The notes beneath the pieces were generated by a model. The model saw only the letters and a program-made list of their open reading frames with translations. It was not told the origin of the DNA and did not search any database. A DNA stretch of 64,000 nucleotides from Tubiluchus corallicola (taxonomy: Eukaryota > Animalia > Priapulida), in the NCBI GenBank assembly GCA_030141605.1, contig JAQGDQ010000616.1:1-64000 (forward strand), written 5' to 3'. Positions 1 to 14,994 of this stretch are shown piece after piece; the first letter of the stretch is position 1, and every line of letters begins with the position of its first letter. The translations under genes were made by a program, and so were the position numbers.

Positions 1-1546
1 AAAAGCTTTACTCAGTTTATATATACTGTTTCCTGGTTCCTACTGAATTTCTCTACTTTTAATCACAAAAGCTCACGAAACCCTGATCTCATCTTTGCTG
101 GTTCTCAATTTAGATGCTTCTTCAATCATAAAAAAGAGCTGATTTCTACTGGCTGTACATAGATAATGTTAAGTTTTAACCATCACGAAAGGCGTTATAA
201 AACCAAATTTGAACAAACACTGGCTTCCTTCGTTAGAAAACCTGTATGACCAAATTAAAATTAGTAATTAGAGCTTATTATTCAAAGAGAGATAAACTCC
301 TAGTACTCAATAAAATCTAAACACAAACAGTAAATGGAAATCAAACTTTAGCTTCAAACGACCCATAATGGTCAAAACCGAAATAAATTCAGCAAAGAAA
401 CTGAAGCTTGGTTCTTGGCTTCTTGGCACCTCATATTAGCTAACAACTTGATGTCTCCTACGTATTTCATCTGGGCCTGGCACTGACGATGTCCAACGTA
501 ACTCCATCAGATAAATGCAATCACATTATTACGATTTCCCGGCGGGAGTATAAACAGTAGGCAGAAGAGTTGATGAGTTTATTGGCTGAATAAATGTAAA
601 AGAATGAGGCATGAGGGAAGCCCGCTGTTGCCATGCCTCTCCTCTCCTTCCATGGGAACAGCAGTAAATTTCGAATATGGCTTTTAGCAGCTCCTTGAGG
701 CCCTTGTTGAATCTACTGATGTAGATTAATGGCCTGAATTATGCCCTCGATTATAGGAATGGACTTGCGTATTGCCATAGTGGGCAATTGTTAACTTATA
801 CCTTAGCTAAGTTAAACTTCTTGCTGTTACTGACTAAAGCCTAAGATTTCAAACTATTTAGCTCTTTCGTAGCAAAATAAGAGACTTATACCATTGAGCA
901 TAAACAATAAAGCATAAATATTAAACTAATACAATTAACACTTTCAGTTGCACACTAACACATACGACCATTGCAGGTGCACAGATACCGATAAAAATGA
1001 TTTTGTTTTTCGGCGGAGACACATGAAATTTGCAAAATGGCAACGAACTCACTTTCAAATACAAAAAAGGTTTTGTTGATTTGCAAATTGTAAAATAGTT
1101 CTATAATCCTTAGTAGATCCTTAATCTTATAAATTAATTTGGATAATAACACTTGCATTTTTTGCTTTGCTTTAAATTAACCTAAATCAACAATTAGATC
1201 TACGTAAATATTATGGTAATAAACTGCATCGAATATGTACAGTAATGTGATTATCTTAGAGTTACAAAAGACACAAAAGCTAAACCGTGTAACGGACCTG
1301 TTTTAACGACAAAAGACTTAAAGCTAAGTTCACATTTTCTAAAAATAGCAACTGAAAAAGTAATGGCGTCCATTGAAATCGCATTAGGCTTATTTAGTTA
1401 CATCGGTCTATTGTAAGCAACTGAACAGCCTGCGAGTCTATGAGTTATAATTATTATGTGGAACTACTTTTTGTAATGTATGGAACTATTTACCTTTCCA
1501 CCAGTACCCCTCCGCAAAGGCAGCCAATGAGCATGAACAATGACTG

Positions 1547-1832
1547 AAAGAATCACCGGGCAAAGCATCGGACAGAGGACCACCAGACAAAGAATCACCG
1601 GACAAAGCATCGGACAGAGGACCACCAGGCAAAGAGTCACTGGGCAAAGCATCGGACAGAGGAGCACCAGACAAAGAATCACCGGGCAAAGCATCGGACA
1701 GAGGACGACCAGACAAAGAATCACCGGGCAAAGCATCGGACAGAGGACCACCAGACAAAGAATCACCGGGCAAAGCATCGGACAAAGGACCACCAGGCAA
1801 AGAGTTACTGGGCAAAGCATCGGACAGAGAAC
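1547..1832. repeat. 42-bp minisatellite, ~7 copies
   Basis: unit caaagcatcggacagaggaccaccagacaaagaatcaccggg at 1561, 1603, 1645 etc.; explains the three overlapping periodic ORFs. Confidence 0.95.
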
Positions 1833-3169
1833 CACGTGTCATTGTGGTATGAAAGTCTAGCTCAGCTTGCGACTTTTTAACTGTCTTTTCCAACTCAGAG
1901 AAAGTGGACATCTTGCATAATGGTCTTAAGACTCAAGCTCAGCAAACAAACAGCAACACACCTGTCCATTTATCTTTATCATTTCTCATACTTATGAACT
2001 ACAGCTTCCTGTTGCTATAACTCCCAGGTAAACAATTTAATTACCTGTCAGGTAAAACCGAGCACTTATTTCTGTGACGCAATGATGAGGGCGCTTGTTT
2101 TATTACAGGTGTGTTTGCATAACAAAAGCTTTGTGATAATGGCAGGCGATTAGTGTTTGACCGTTATGCGTGACGTCATGCATCTTATTAGCATAATATG
2201 TTTGCATGAGAGCAAAAGCAATATCAGGATAAGGTATAGGTAATGTCATTCGTATTACATAATACCTCGTAATGTTATAGTATTTTCTGCATTATAATTG
2301 TCAGTTAAATTCATATGAACAGAGGAAATTTCGTTTGTGAGTCAAAGTTATTTATGTACATGTGTAAAACAATTTAATAATTTAAACAAATTTCTTCTTG
2401 ATTAAAATATGAGAGCGTTTTCCTGGAACTGTTATCTTAACGTGAATAAACCGTTGAATGGCTTTTAAATAAGTAAATAAATAATAATAATAATAAATAA
2501 AAAGAAAGAATCTATAGGCCTGGTGTGACATGTAGGTCGTTTAAAACTAGAGTCAGCTTTCAGTACAGGAACATAGGCCTACATACTTGAATTACACTTG
2601 TCCTGCAAGTGTTGGTTATGACCAGGTTTGTCTGAACGCACGGACAGTTGCCCGGGGGTCCCACAAATATAGGGTCCCATGCTAATCTATGAATATTGTC
2701 ACTGGCTGTCAATGTTGAAATGTTTGTGTTTTTGAAATCTCATGTTGTATTGTTCAAACATTTATGTTGATTAATCTTTACTGTACAGCAGGTTTTTAAT
2801 GTTGATTTTGTTGGAAGTACCAGTACAATTAATATATTATGTTGAATTTTATCGACCATTTACATTTTTATTTCTGTAAGTAATTGTGTAGGTAGGAACC
2901 TAGTGCGCTGTTTGTCCAGGGACCTATATTGCTGTTAACACGGCCCTCCCCATGTCAGCAAAAATATATGTTCTTATTATTCCTAAACTTTAAAGTTATC
3001 AAAAAATTGATTGTTTTTTTCAACAATAATCGCTGGTTAAAGGGAAGAACTTTTACTGTAGTTCGCCTAGCACATGTATATCTACGCGATTTTATTAGGT
3101 CTAATTAAGTTGAAAAATAGACTAAAGCTAGTATCTTACCAAATGAATTATGAAGACTTTGAATAATTT

Positions 3170-3400
3170 TATGATATCTTCAAAATTTCGTTCCGTCTCT
3201 TACAGAAATTCAGACATCAACATTTATCAGAGCATTCCACCTACTCCTATCTGCAGCTAACAGTGTCAGTTCTTCTCCTCCTCCTAAAGTCAAATTTCGT
3301 TGAAGTTGTTGAACATCTTTATTTAGCTATGCCAGTTGTTTCTGGTTTGCCAGGTGGTTTTTTGCAAGGTTTTTACGGATTTCTTCAAAACGTTCTTACT
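3170..3400 (-). mobile_element. Degenerate 3' end of RTE-like LINE
   Basis: minus strand reads KKPPGKP.TT...LAADRSRWNAL, typical of the RTE ORF C-terminus; interrupted by stops. Confidence 0.5.
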
Positions 3401-3694
3401 GGCATTTTATTTTAGTCGATAACCGAACTTAACTTTTAAACCATTTTGTATACGTACATAATATTCAAAGTATTACACATATAGAGTAAGGTTAAAAAGG
3501 ACTTATAACTAAAATATATAAGAAATAAGTGCTAAATTATTTAGATTTGAGATAGTATGCTGGATCACTGCACTGATTAACCATATACACTTATATTATT
3601 TTATGTATAATTTTATATTATTTTATGATATAGGGTATGTGTGCCTTTGTGGGTTTGAAAAGTGCACTTCGTATTTTTGTGTTACGATAGATAA

Positions 3695-4420
3695 ATTTTG
3701 TACTATTATTTGGGGAAGCACATACACCAATCGATTGAAAAAATTCACATGATTCAGAAGAAAATAGTGCAAGCTATAACATTTGCTGGTTATCAGTACC
3801 ATACACCACCAATATTTAAAATACTAAACTTTCTAAACATTTATGACATTAATGAGTTCCAAACTGCCATTTTCCTGTACAAATTCTCTCATAAATTATT
3901 GCCACCCTTATTGGCTGATTATTTTTGTTTGAATGCTGAGATACATAATTACGATACACGATATAAACTTAACTATCACTACATACAGTGCAACACAAAT
4001 GTTAGAAAATTTTCTATTAAATACAATGGCCCTTACATATGGAATTCAATTGCTCCAGCTATTAAAAATGCCAACTCGCTATCCATATTTAAAAACAAAT
4101 TATAAATTAAACTTACTTGAAACATATAACTGATCACTCAATCATGATTTGTTGTTTTTCATTTTCAAAAACTTCCCCTCTAGTATAATAATATTTTTAT
4201 TACTTCTCACCCATATTTATATATCTGTATATATTGTAATATTGTATCTGTATATGTTGTAATATTTTCGCAACTAATTCTAGTGGCCTACCATAAGCTA
4301 GCTTCTTAGGTCTCTAGCGCAGAATTCATGAATTGTATCATAATTTTGTATTATCAAAAACTGATTATCGATGCACATGTAATGTATATGTTTATTGCGA
4401 AATAAATCTATTAAATCTAC
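3695..4420 (+). mobile_element. 5'-truncated CR1/L2/Crack-group LINE: ORF2 C-terminus plus 3' UTR
   Basis: IQKKIVQAI...HTPPIFKILNFLNIYDI...HNYDTR...FSIKYNGPYIWNSI...SLSIFKNKL is the typical post-RT tail; AT-rich UTR ends at aataaa (4401) followed by short tandem repeats. Confidence 0.85.
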
Positions 4421-6053
4421 TACACGTCAGTTACAGAGAACTGCTTGCCGAGTTTTCACAATTTCATATCAATGATACACAGCCGCTTTTTCAAAATTTT
4501 CAAACGTTTGAGCAACCGCGGATGAATCTTTGTTACTTCTCTCATTACTCTCAGAAAATTTATGAATGTGGCTTTATACTCAATCCCATTGACAAGATAC
4601 GTTGAAGTTGCACGGTAGTTAATGTAACTCGAAATCAAAGAAGTTCTAGTAATTAAATTAAAGGCATGTTGGTTCTAGAAGTTGTGTCTAGAAGATAATA
4701 GATGGCAGTACATCCAGAAATGTGCTGCGTCTGCACGGTAAGACAGTAGAGTGGAAAAAACTAACTTTAAAAGAAAATTTTTACGCATAAGAAAATTTAC
4801 AGCACATATAGACGTTTCGCGCTTAGAATTGATGGCAGGGCGTCTTACTTAAGCCAAAAGTAGACAAAGCCATTATTTGGAATTCTGCTGGCATAAATTT
4901 AAAGTTTGCAGTTAACAACGACACGGTTAATAATGATGAATTAAGAAGCAAGAATACAGAATAACTGCATTATTTTCGTTATTGTAAACATGCCTTGTAT
5001 TTTTAATTCTTTCATAGTACCATCTATTAACAATTATCAGAAACTATAGCAGGACAAGGTTTACTTAAAAACGAAAACCAGTATATTTATTTTATTAACT
5101 ACATTATCGTAAACATTTATTTAAGTAAGCATATAGTAATTGGTGTAAATAACGTTATACAATAGTACAATAGCTATGTAATATCTGTAAGTTAATTTTA
5201 TATCAAACCAAAGAAAATCCCGTATTCCTTCAATCCTAATATAAGAAAAATGTTCAAAAATATATAGCTGGTATAGGGTGGACCAAAAGGCCATTACTCA
5301 TTATTAACACATGGTAAAGGTAGCTCATAGGTTTAATTAATATGAATTCTGCAATTATCAACAAAATTATAAACAGTGAAAAAACGTTTTCTGGCTAACA
5401 ATTATAATTATTATTACCATTATTATAATACTAGCTCAACATACAGAGTGAGGTTTACAAAGCTGAATAACTAAATTATATAAGAAAGAAATGCTCGATT
5501 ACTCATTTCGATATTGCATGATGTAGAAAATCTTAATTATCAAACAAAATATTAAATACAAATCAGTGCACTGCTTAAACCAAAACAATGGGTAAAAATG
5601 TGTGAATTGTCATACAATTGTTCTTGTCATGAGGTAGTATTAATAATAAGTCTGGTGTAATGCCAGGTTTAGATACTGCTTTGCAGTAAACCATTGATAG
5701 CAAGGTATATTCAGCAAATTTTAATAAAAAAAGAAACATCATAATTGAGTACATGTAATTAATTAACAGAAATGCAAGAACATTGCGTTGACATTTTCAG
5801 AAAAATGTTAATGAAATAAAGATAAATTTTTCTAGTTTTTGAAATAAAATACATGCCTGCTAAAAACACAACTCGATGTAGGTACAAAAAGAAGCACCAG
5901 TTTCCATTCATTTTTTAAGTTGCAACTAGAGCTTTTTATGAACTCTAGACGGGAAGTTAAAATTTATCCCACAAATTTTACTTATTTTTTTCCTTATTGT
6001 TACAGTATGCAGTAACAAGAATAACTAAAATTATTCATTCCTACACGACATAA

Positions 6054-6363
6054 AGTGTTGTTCAAACGCCGATCCGAACCGATTACTGATTTTTGCCAAA
6101 ACCGAACCAATGCCGAGTTTTTTGCCAAAACCGATACCGATCTTTTTGCGAACATTGGCAACCGATAATTACAAATTATAACTAAAATTATTCATTCCTA
6201 TACGACAAAAAGTTTTGTTCAGATCGCGCAGAAAACGATCTGAAACGATGCCGATTACTGATTTTTGCCAAAACCCCAAAACCGAGTCGATACCGATCTT
6301 TTTCTTCGAAATCGATACCGATCTGTTCGCGAACATCGGCAACCGATCTATCGGAACAACACT
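6054..6363. mobile_element. MITE-like element with short TIRs and ACCGAT subterminal motifs, internally duplicated
   Basis: agtgttgttc ... gaacaacact ends; many accgat/atcgg motifs; ~6020-6168 is repeated at ~6178-6347. Confidence 0.6.
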
Positions 6364-6639
6364 GGCATACATCTACATAAGCTATTGTATGCGTACGCCG
6401 TGCAGCTAGATCAGGTGATGCAAAAATGTGATCGAAAACTGAGCCGAAGTTTGGAAGTAAAAGAAAATAACGGAATTGCTTGAAAATGACCGCACTGATG
6501 TCACAAATATTTAAGTGTAAACATGGACATTCTTAGCTCATTCAAACAGAATCGCCCAAAGTCACAGACATTTGAATCAGCAAGTCAAATGCTGGTGAAG
6601 ATTTCGAGGCTCACTATTATTAAAATTTACAGCAAATCC

Positions 6640-6900
6640 TTTATGTGTCTACCATTTTTAACACAAACTAAGCGAAGGCATTTTTTTCCAATAGTTAAGG
6701 CAGTTTCTCACCATTTAAGACGTATCTGGTATCAACACTCAAGATTTTTTGCCTTTTACTTCCACTGCATCAAACGGTTCTATGTGACCGTTGTACATTT
6801 TCGCTTTAAGGCAACTCCGGATAGCGTCATAAATTGGATTAAGTTCCGTTTTTTTCTCGGCAACAAATCTTCATCAATGCTTTATTTTCTATACTGAAGA
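6640..6900 (-). mobile_element. Degenerate Tc1/mariner transposase C-terminal remnant
   Basis: minus strand ELNPIYDAIRSCLKAKMYN resembles the (S)PDLNP.(D/E)..W..LK motif; later LRLVCVKNGRH resembles the terminal ..GGH motif; frameshifted. Confidence 0.55.
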
Positions 6901-8562
6901 TCATGATGTAAACTGGTTGCTTTTTTATTGTTTTACTGCCATGCATTGAGCGTTTTATAAGTCACTGAACTTGGCTGCGTTTAAGTTGACGATTATCTGA
7001 CATTGTTCCAGTATTTCAATTTTTAACATGCGAAAGTTTTTCTACCATAACTTAAAAACCACTGAAACTATAAACACGTAACTTTCACTAGCAAGAGCTA
7101 ATACATTGTAATATCATGCTGCGAAATTTGAACTTGGTAGCCAACTTGTTTCTAGTATTATTGCAGCTTAAACTTCGGCACATTTTTTCTACGCCAACTT
7201 GTACATAATTACATTCTAAAACAAAAATCGTTCAAAAATTTCGTCTTCACCTAATATAAAGTTCATAGTGCTTTCATGTAGTTTACAGGCTGGTTTCCAA
7301 CACTGCTTATTTATTATGTTTATAAACGTGGTAGGACAGGAATCTAGCTACCAAAAACGAGTCGTCTTAACATACTCGGATATACATACATCCTCTTTTA
7401 AAGAAAAGAGGGATAAATCCACAAATGAAACCACACACAATAAATTTTCCTAGCAGCAACCGAGCTTTTTACTCTCCAGGTCAGTGATGCTTAACTTCGG
7501 ATTGTTAAGCACACACTGTGACCACTCGGCTATATAATCCCACTGCAAACTTTTCTTTTGCAAATCTGTTTTTTGGCGTGTAAGGTTATTAAGACTTCTT
7601 CACAGGACTTGCACAGGTTTTGCTTGTGTGAAGAATATCAGTATAGTTGCTCATTACTTGAATCTGTCAGAAACATTCATGCTACTCACACATAGCAGCT
7701 AAACATCATACACACAAGACTATTGCAACAAAATATTCTGGCAAATTCGAGTTTATCTTTTATTAGTTGAATTAATCTCACTGCGTCCTGTAAATCTCTG
7801 CCAACTTTGCTGCTATTAACAATAAAACAACTTGAGTGTACAAAGTGAAAGCGAAATCTTGACGGCCGGGCGAGATTGCACCATTTGCTTTCAATTATCC
7901 AATGTTAGCTTTGAGTTAGGAGTGAAAACCTCGTGAGAATGGAGGAGTGTAAACAAGCGGTGAGATTACAACAAAAGCAGCCACTGTTTCCCACAACACC
8001 AAGGTCATTTAAAGGACTAAGAAATAACTAGCATACAAGAAGAAGCCACATTCAATTTCACTACAACGATGTTATCCAAAGACTAATCTGGAAAGTGAAG
8101 CGTTGTGTTACTTCACTTAATGGGTTTCTTCCACCCAATTGCCTGATAAGTCATTAAAAAAATATTTACCATTGTCATGTATCCGTTTTTTCCTAAAAAT
8201 TTGAAAACGCACCAACTTTGCAGTGACGTCACAATAATAAAAACTCATAAAAATATTACACACGCACAGCAACGAGAATAAGAACAGCAATATGGCAAAA
8301 CTGATCTCTTTATAGAGTTACCTGGCAAGCCAGTAACACAATGTATGCCATTTTTCAGGACACTAAGTATTCCCTATGCACACATTGTGTAGTTAAAGTA
8401 ACATCAGTCATAGAAAACTGGAAGAAGCCATAGTGTATTCGCATTCATCGAAGATACCATAGGTAAACTTGCAATTCTTAATTTAGAACATATTACTTAA
8501 TTCAGGACATCATAAACACAAGCTGTTGTATTAACAAATAATAAAGAGTGTCCTGCATTTAG

Positions 8563-8947
8563 TTATGATTGATTGTCCCTAAATAGATGCTTGTCCAAAG
8601 TATGATGCTTGTCCGAATTATGATTGTTTGTCTCTAAATATATGCTTGTCCGAATTATGATTGTTTGTCTCTAAATATATGCTTGTCCGAATTATGATTG
8701 TTTGTCTCTAAATAGATGCTTGTCCAAATTATGATTGTTTGTCTCTAAATAGATGCTTGTCCAAAGTATGATGCTTGTCCGAATTATGATTGTTTGTCTC
8801 TAAATATATGCTTGTCCGAATTATGATTGTTTGTCTCTAAATATATGCTTGTCCGAATTATGATTGTTTGTCTCTAAATATATGCTTGTCCGAATTATGA
8901 TTGTTTGTCTCTAAATAGATGCTTGTCCGAATTATGATTGTTTGTCC
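8563..8947. repeat. 37-bp minisatellite, ~10 copies with 18-bp half-units
   Basis: gcttgtccgaattatgattgtttgtctctaaatatat at 8607, 8644, 8681 etc. Confidence 0.95.
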
Positions 8948-11900
8948 ATAATGACATGCCCGCCGAATCAAGAAAATCAGAAATATGGAATATTTAAGTG
9001 TAAAAACTTTCTGTAATTTCTGTCAAGGTAAATTCAAAACATAATAATGAGAAACTAAATATGAGTTACCTACTAGAACGTCAACAAGTGGCAAGCTAAT
9101 ATTAGATGTTTTGGCACTGAAAAGAAGGCTATGCCCAAAGAAAAAAGAGAAAATTCAGTCTAGATGCATCGAGAGCCACGGCTAGATACATTTGCTCACA
9201 GAACAGGTCTACTTAATAATTAATCACATTTCCAGCAAGCTGTACTAATTTTCCAAAACAAAAGAGCATTAATGTTGCGGAAAATAGGTCATCGAGTCAC
9301 CCGATCTTAACCTTATAAGAGTGAGACGATCTTACGATGTTTGGAGCAGGAAAAACCTGATTATTCTTCTTCCTTAACCAAGTATGCAGCCGTTCATGTT
9401 CCCGTAAGTAATTACTGGAGAAATGGGAATAGAGCTCGGAAACAGAATTAATTTACACACACAAATGTGACAGACGAGAAAAGAAGGTCATAGAATAAGA
9501 GCAGATTAATCGGCCCGCTGCTTCACAATGCATCGTGCAGAGAAAGTCGTTAAACAGCAATTTGATGCATCAAGGCGAATGCTCTTGTAATATAGTAGTG
9601 ACTGCTTTAAAAAATCATAAAGTCAAACGAAACCATCACTATAATATAAGCTTTTATAACTTAAAATCCTGCTCTCATTACGAATATTCAATTTATCTTA
9701 TTACAAATTTTCTGTAAAACTTGTTTCTTTTGATTTTTCATCACTTCGTTGTTACCGGTATTAAATTAGAAGAACCGCCATTTTTCGTTGCGCAAGACGA
9801 ATGACGTAATAAGTACAACACGAGGTCACCAAAGACCGGTAAACAAACACCGGCAACTAAAGACGCTTTCTGTACCTCGTACGTCATTCTCGCTCACAGA
9901 GGCCAAAGATGCAAAACGTGGCGATTCTTACTGCAATGCACACCTTCGAAATTTGTCAGAAAAAAAGTAATTTACTTCATTTATAAGTCTCTTTTCTTTA
10001 ATAATAACCATGAATTCAATTATTTCTCTAATCATAAAAATGCGTAAAAAATTTCAATATCCTTTGGGGTTATGTAGGCCTTTAAAGAAAACAAAATCGT
10101 TATGACAACGTGACACTGTCGTGACATACAGGCCAAAGTCATGAATTTAACAATTTTTCATACATTTACGACTAAACGAATACATATAATAATTGCATAG
10201 CTGCATATAAAAATGAATAAATAATTTAAATAACCCATTCAGATACCTGTTTTGCCCATATTATTTAGTTATAATTAATGTTAATTATGATCTAATTTCT
10301 AACAAAGGTGATTATTATGATAAAATTATGCACACCATTATAGGTAGACATACAATATAAAAGCAATAAATACCATCAGGCAGAAGCACAATTATGGTAA
10401 ATACAAATACTGTCAACAGATGGAAGCACATGCCCCTGATTGCCATTCACCAAATAAACAATGACATTTAAAATCAGTAAAACTATTACAAACAAATATT
10501 TGTATATAACTGATCAGTTACACCAGAGCATATTATAACAGCTATTAAGTTTAGCTGATACAACATTCTCTGCTGGCACATATAAACAAGTGATCAATAC
10601 CACATATCAGTAACGCAAATCAATAAACACAAAATAATCAATAATTTTATACTGCCTAAGATAATTAACAATAGCAAGGTCACCTACAGATAAACAGCAA
10701 AGAATCTATGCCTGTATACCACCTGTTACCACAATATCATAGTTAAAATGTATTTACATATATTCCGCATATTTCCCTACACGATATGTATCAAAAAGCT
10801 AAGATATGTATCATACAATATGTAATTAAACACTTGATTACTGTTAGTAAAACAGGTAAATTGCAATTAACTGTTTAGATCCCTGGGTAAAACCAGCAAA
10901 TATTAGGAAGCATGTTTTTTATAGAACTTGATGAAAAATATGTTGTTTCACGAGGTACCTACCAATTATCTACAGAAGTTAAAAATGCTCCAGTCAACAA
11001 ACTATTAAACAGAAATAGCATTAAGTCAATGCAGAATCTTTACACTTTATGTCTTACTCATAAATTTGCATTCAATTTTTTTTCTTATTTGCTCAGTTTG
11101 TCTGCACATTATCTAGATTTTAGAGTGCGCATTATGAATTGATCAAAGCATTATCAGTAAAAGTTTGCCTCGTTACATTAATGTAACATATGGCAATTAA
11201 GGAACATGATAAAGTAGTGTTATAATGGCGTACATTAGTCGAACCATTGTGCGTAATTTCTACGTCTAACCGTAATTTTTCACTCTTAAATTATCAGAAA
11301 TTTCAAACATTAGTAACTTGTTTGAAACATTAGTAATGTTGTAAATTTGACACTCTGGAGGTGTCCTACAGGGAACACCAGTAATGCGTACATGCCAGTA
11401 TTTAGACAATGCGCCACCTATAATCGAGAATGAAAGGTCAAAAGAAAATGCGATTGTTTATGTACCAGTAATGCATACATGCCATAAGCTGGACAATGTA
11501 ACAGACATTTCCAATCAACAATCAAGGACCAGTAAACAATGCAACTGTTTATGCACCAGGAATGCATACAAATCAACATTTAGACAATGTGCCACTTCCC
11601 ATCAATAATCAAAGATCAGTAAACAATGAAATTGTGCATCAATGATTTCCATTTCATAACTACAATAAAAATGTACAGGACTACTCTGTCGCCTGATAGT
11701 TTATGCTAGATAATAAACACAAGAAGTTCTAAAACATATTTTCTTGCATAGAATCTTATTTTAGTGGGCGTCTAATCTCACCTGACCATCTGACTGATGA
11801 CAACAGTGGTAATGACGACGAAAATCATGATGACGACAGTGACCCACTTTGAAGCACACTTATAATGCAATAGTGGAAGTGCTTGTAGGACTCTCAGATG

Positions 11901-12110
11901 TGACTTGATTCGTTTCAGTAAGTGATTCTTTCGTCACTTTACTTATGCTAAGGCAAATCATTTTACAGTAGAAACTGAACAATAAAACTGATATTGTTGA
12001 AGCAAGGAATGTAGTCACAGCAAATCAAATAAGCCTGAAAACACAGAAAAAGCAGGTTCAGTGTAACAATATGCTGATTTTTATGCTTAATTCTGGTGTA
12101 GAATTTAGTG

Positions 12111-12452
12111 CAGTGGTTCCCAAACTTTCTCGGACCGTTACCCAAATCGGGAAACCCGGTCTTGTCCATTACCCCCACCTAGTACTACTTCTCCAACTCA
12201 AAAAGTAAACACACGTATATGCCACAAGCAAGCAAAATTATTTATGTTTGCTCGTGACATAAATAAATTTCCAGGTGTTGTTGTTGTATTGTTGCCAAAA
12301 CAAGTATTACCGGAGGCAGTCTCTTCAAGAAGAAAACTACGTAAAATGCATTCCGAGCGAAGTTTTAAAAATCTTTAGAGGGGTGCCCGTTACCCCCCCA
12401 AAACACCATATTACCCCCGGGGGGTAATTTACCCCTAGTTTGGGAACCACTG
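12111..12452. mobile_element. hAT-family MITE
   Basis: 16-bp TIR cagtggttcccaaact / agtttgggaaccactg; perfect 8-bp TSD atttagtg on both sides. Confidence 0.93.
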
Positions 12453-13269
12453 ATTTAGTGGTAGGAAAGTAATTTACTCGTTATTAAAACAGTTTTGCAA
12501 CGGTGTTAAGATTTTGTTAATTAATAAATAAATAAATTAATTAATAAATTATGCACATTAATTATCTAAAGTGGCGTTTATTAGACATCCGGAATGCGTT
12601 ATGCGCCATTCACTTGCGGAAAAGCCGCATATAACAGGACCAAGAACCAACAGGAAAAAAAACGCGCATCCCAGGTCTGCGTTAAACGGGTGCATTGACA
12701 ATAATATAAACCAATTTTATCGCATACTCATTCTGGATGTTTGGTAAACTCCACTTAAGATATATTATATACAAATGTGCAAATGCACATATGTACACTA
12801 TGAATATGTGAAGGCTACACTTATAATGTACAGAACATTTAACACTGTAAAAAATAAAAATGAATTAACAATTTTTTTAACAATTTGTCTAGCATTCAAA
12901 TAGTAGAAAACCAGTATACTACAAAAGCTTTTTAGGTTGTTCTATATCAGAAAGATAAGATACAATAGTTGAAGTCTTTATCACCCGATGTTTCCTTTTC
13001 AAAACTACGTGGAACTGTAATTAATGAATATGTCAGATTGTAAGAGTTCTTACTAATAGCTGATGGGGCTTTAATTTCAAAAAATGTAATTTCAAACTAA
13101 CGAAGCAAACAAAATTTTATATAAACATGATTACGCATCCTGCTGCGAAGAAGCTGCAGCTTCTGTTCAACAAATAACTGATGTAAGAACGGCTTATTGA
13201 AAATTAATGAGACCTGTCAACATGCCAGCGAAGTAGAATGGATGAGATTAGAGAAACAGTAATAAAGTG

Positions 13270-13345
13270 TTAGCAGATTTACAGTTTAGGGCGCTCCACA
13301 GGGATCAACTCTTATGCCCTTGCTGTATGTATCTGATATGATGCA
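13270..13345 (+). mobile_element. Short degenerate LINE reverse-transcriptase remnant
   Basis: GAPQGSTLMPLL.YVSDM resembles GVPQGS.LGPLLF..Y..D. Confidence 0.45.
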
Positions 13346-13433
13346 TTAACAATTAGCAATTAGCAAGCTGGCTTCTTTGTACCTACAGTAACAGAGAAAA
13401 TTTCATTTTTGTTTTTCTTTTCAAAGCAGCAGC

Positions 13434-14147
13434 TAGGGATGCTAACGATAACGATATGTATCGATAATTATCGTATCGAATTAATGAATTACTGTTTCGA
13501 TATAAAAAATTTGTTTCCATCGTTATCATATCGAATTTATCACGTATTGTTACTTATCACTTACTTAAATTTATAAAAATCACTTCACTGCTTTTCTATT
13601 TATTTACAGCAGTTATGCAAAAAAAGAGCACAAAAATAATTATATAAAATTATAAGCTTGCCAGATGCCAAATCATTTTCTTGTACTGATGACTGGAATA
13701 ATGGCTATCTTCATTTTGAAACATACTCACAAAGTATAGCGACCCTTTTATACACTTTGATACTGCGCAAATGCCAAATATGTGCACCGTATTTTTAGTG
13801 TCACATTCCTGGTCATGTGCAGGCTCGCATAGATAAATATTTTTACCACAGTGATGCGTTTATCTGTCCCAGCTTACTTATGAATCGTTACGACAAACAA
13901 TATTGTGTTCCAGAGCTAGCAGCCAATTTAATTATACAGCACTGAACTCACTGATTCACTTAATAATTTTAACTATTAATGATAACTTTTCAGTTGTTGT
14001 ATAAATTGTCGAACTTCAGCAATGTTATTATTGTTCGAAATAATTTATCGTATCGTCTAAAGAATAGATTATCGTTACCATATTGATGAAAAAGGATTGT
14101 ATCGTATTGTTATCGTATCACCAAATTTGTATTATTTAACATCCCTA
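13434..14147. mobile_element. Non-autonomous hAT element
   Basis: TIR tagggatg(c/t)taa / ttaacatcccta; 8-bp TSD gcagcagc / gcatcagc; subterminal tatcg motifs at both ends. Confidence 0.85.
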
Positions 14148-14994
14148 GCATCAGCTTAAAGTAGTAGCTAAAGGTAAGAGCTAAAGGAAGTACTTCCTAG
14201 ATTTTTAATTTACTATATTCCTCTCATGCAACTTTGTTGTACGTCATCAAAAAATATAGTAAATCTTACAATAAATAATTGAGATTTAATTTTTAAAGCT
14301 TTGTGTTTCTTTGTTTGAGTGAACAGCTTTGTATTTTCTCATCAAGCTTCAGATCTAAAGGTCAACATCATCTTAAACTCAACGTCCCTCAGCATCACCG
14401 CGGAATTGGTGTTTTATGGTCTTCATATAAAACCTATCAGTCATTAGTGTATTACTCTGAGATCATAAAGCTGAAGAGTACAGGTTTACAGCAGGCAGGT
14501 TTAATCCAAGCAGCAGCACTAGTTCACGGACAAAAAATAAATACTACAGTGAGGTAAATTACTGATACGTCGTTTGTGTTTCTCCCATAATTATGAAGCA
14601 ACAAATGGAATAACTTGCTTATTTACTCATACAACATGTCAACATATTTATTTATTTATTTATTTGGAAATGTAATTACAATACATAGAAACAATGAGAA
14701 AAATGTGCAGTTAATAATAATGATTAAATACTTTGTGATGTTAAGAGAGTCACAATTTACTTGTCAGGTCATGTTATTGTTGCTGTTGCTTGTTAGTGTT
14801 TTATTGCTGCTGTTGCTGCTGCAAAACTGAACAGAAAAACCTTCTGGTCCTTTTGCAAATAGACCTATTAATGCACTTCTTATCTTAAAGAACTTCTTCT
14901 GTTACGACATAAAAATGAAGAGAAATTGTGAGAAATCAATATATTTAACAAACATACCTGGGGTTACGACAGAGGGAATGAATGAGTGGACATT

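Noticed and set aside
7740-9600. Stretches with clustered Fox/Sox/homeobox-like words suggesting enhancers
   Set aside because: Such short motifs are expected by chance in AT-rich DNA; unsupported without conservation or chromatin data.
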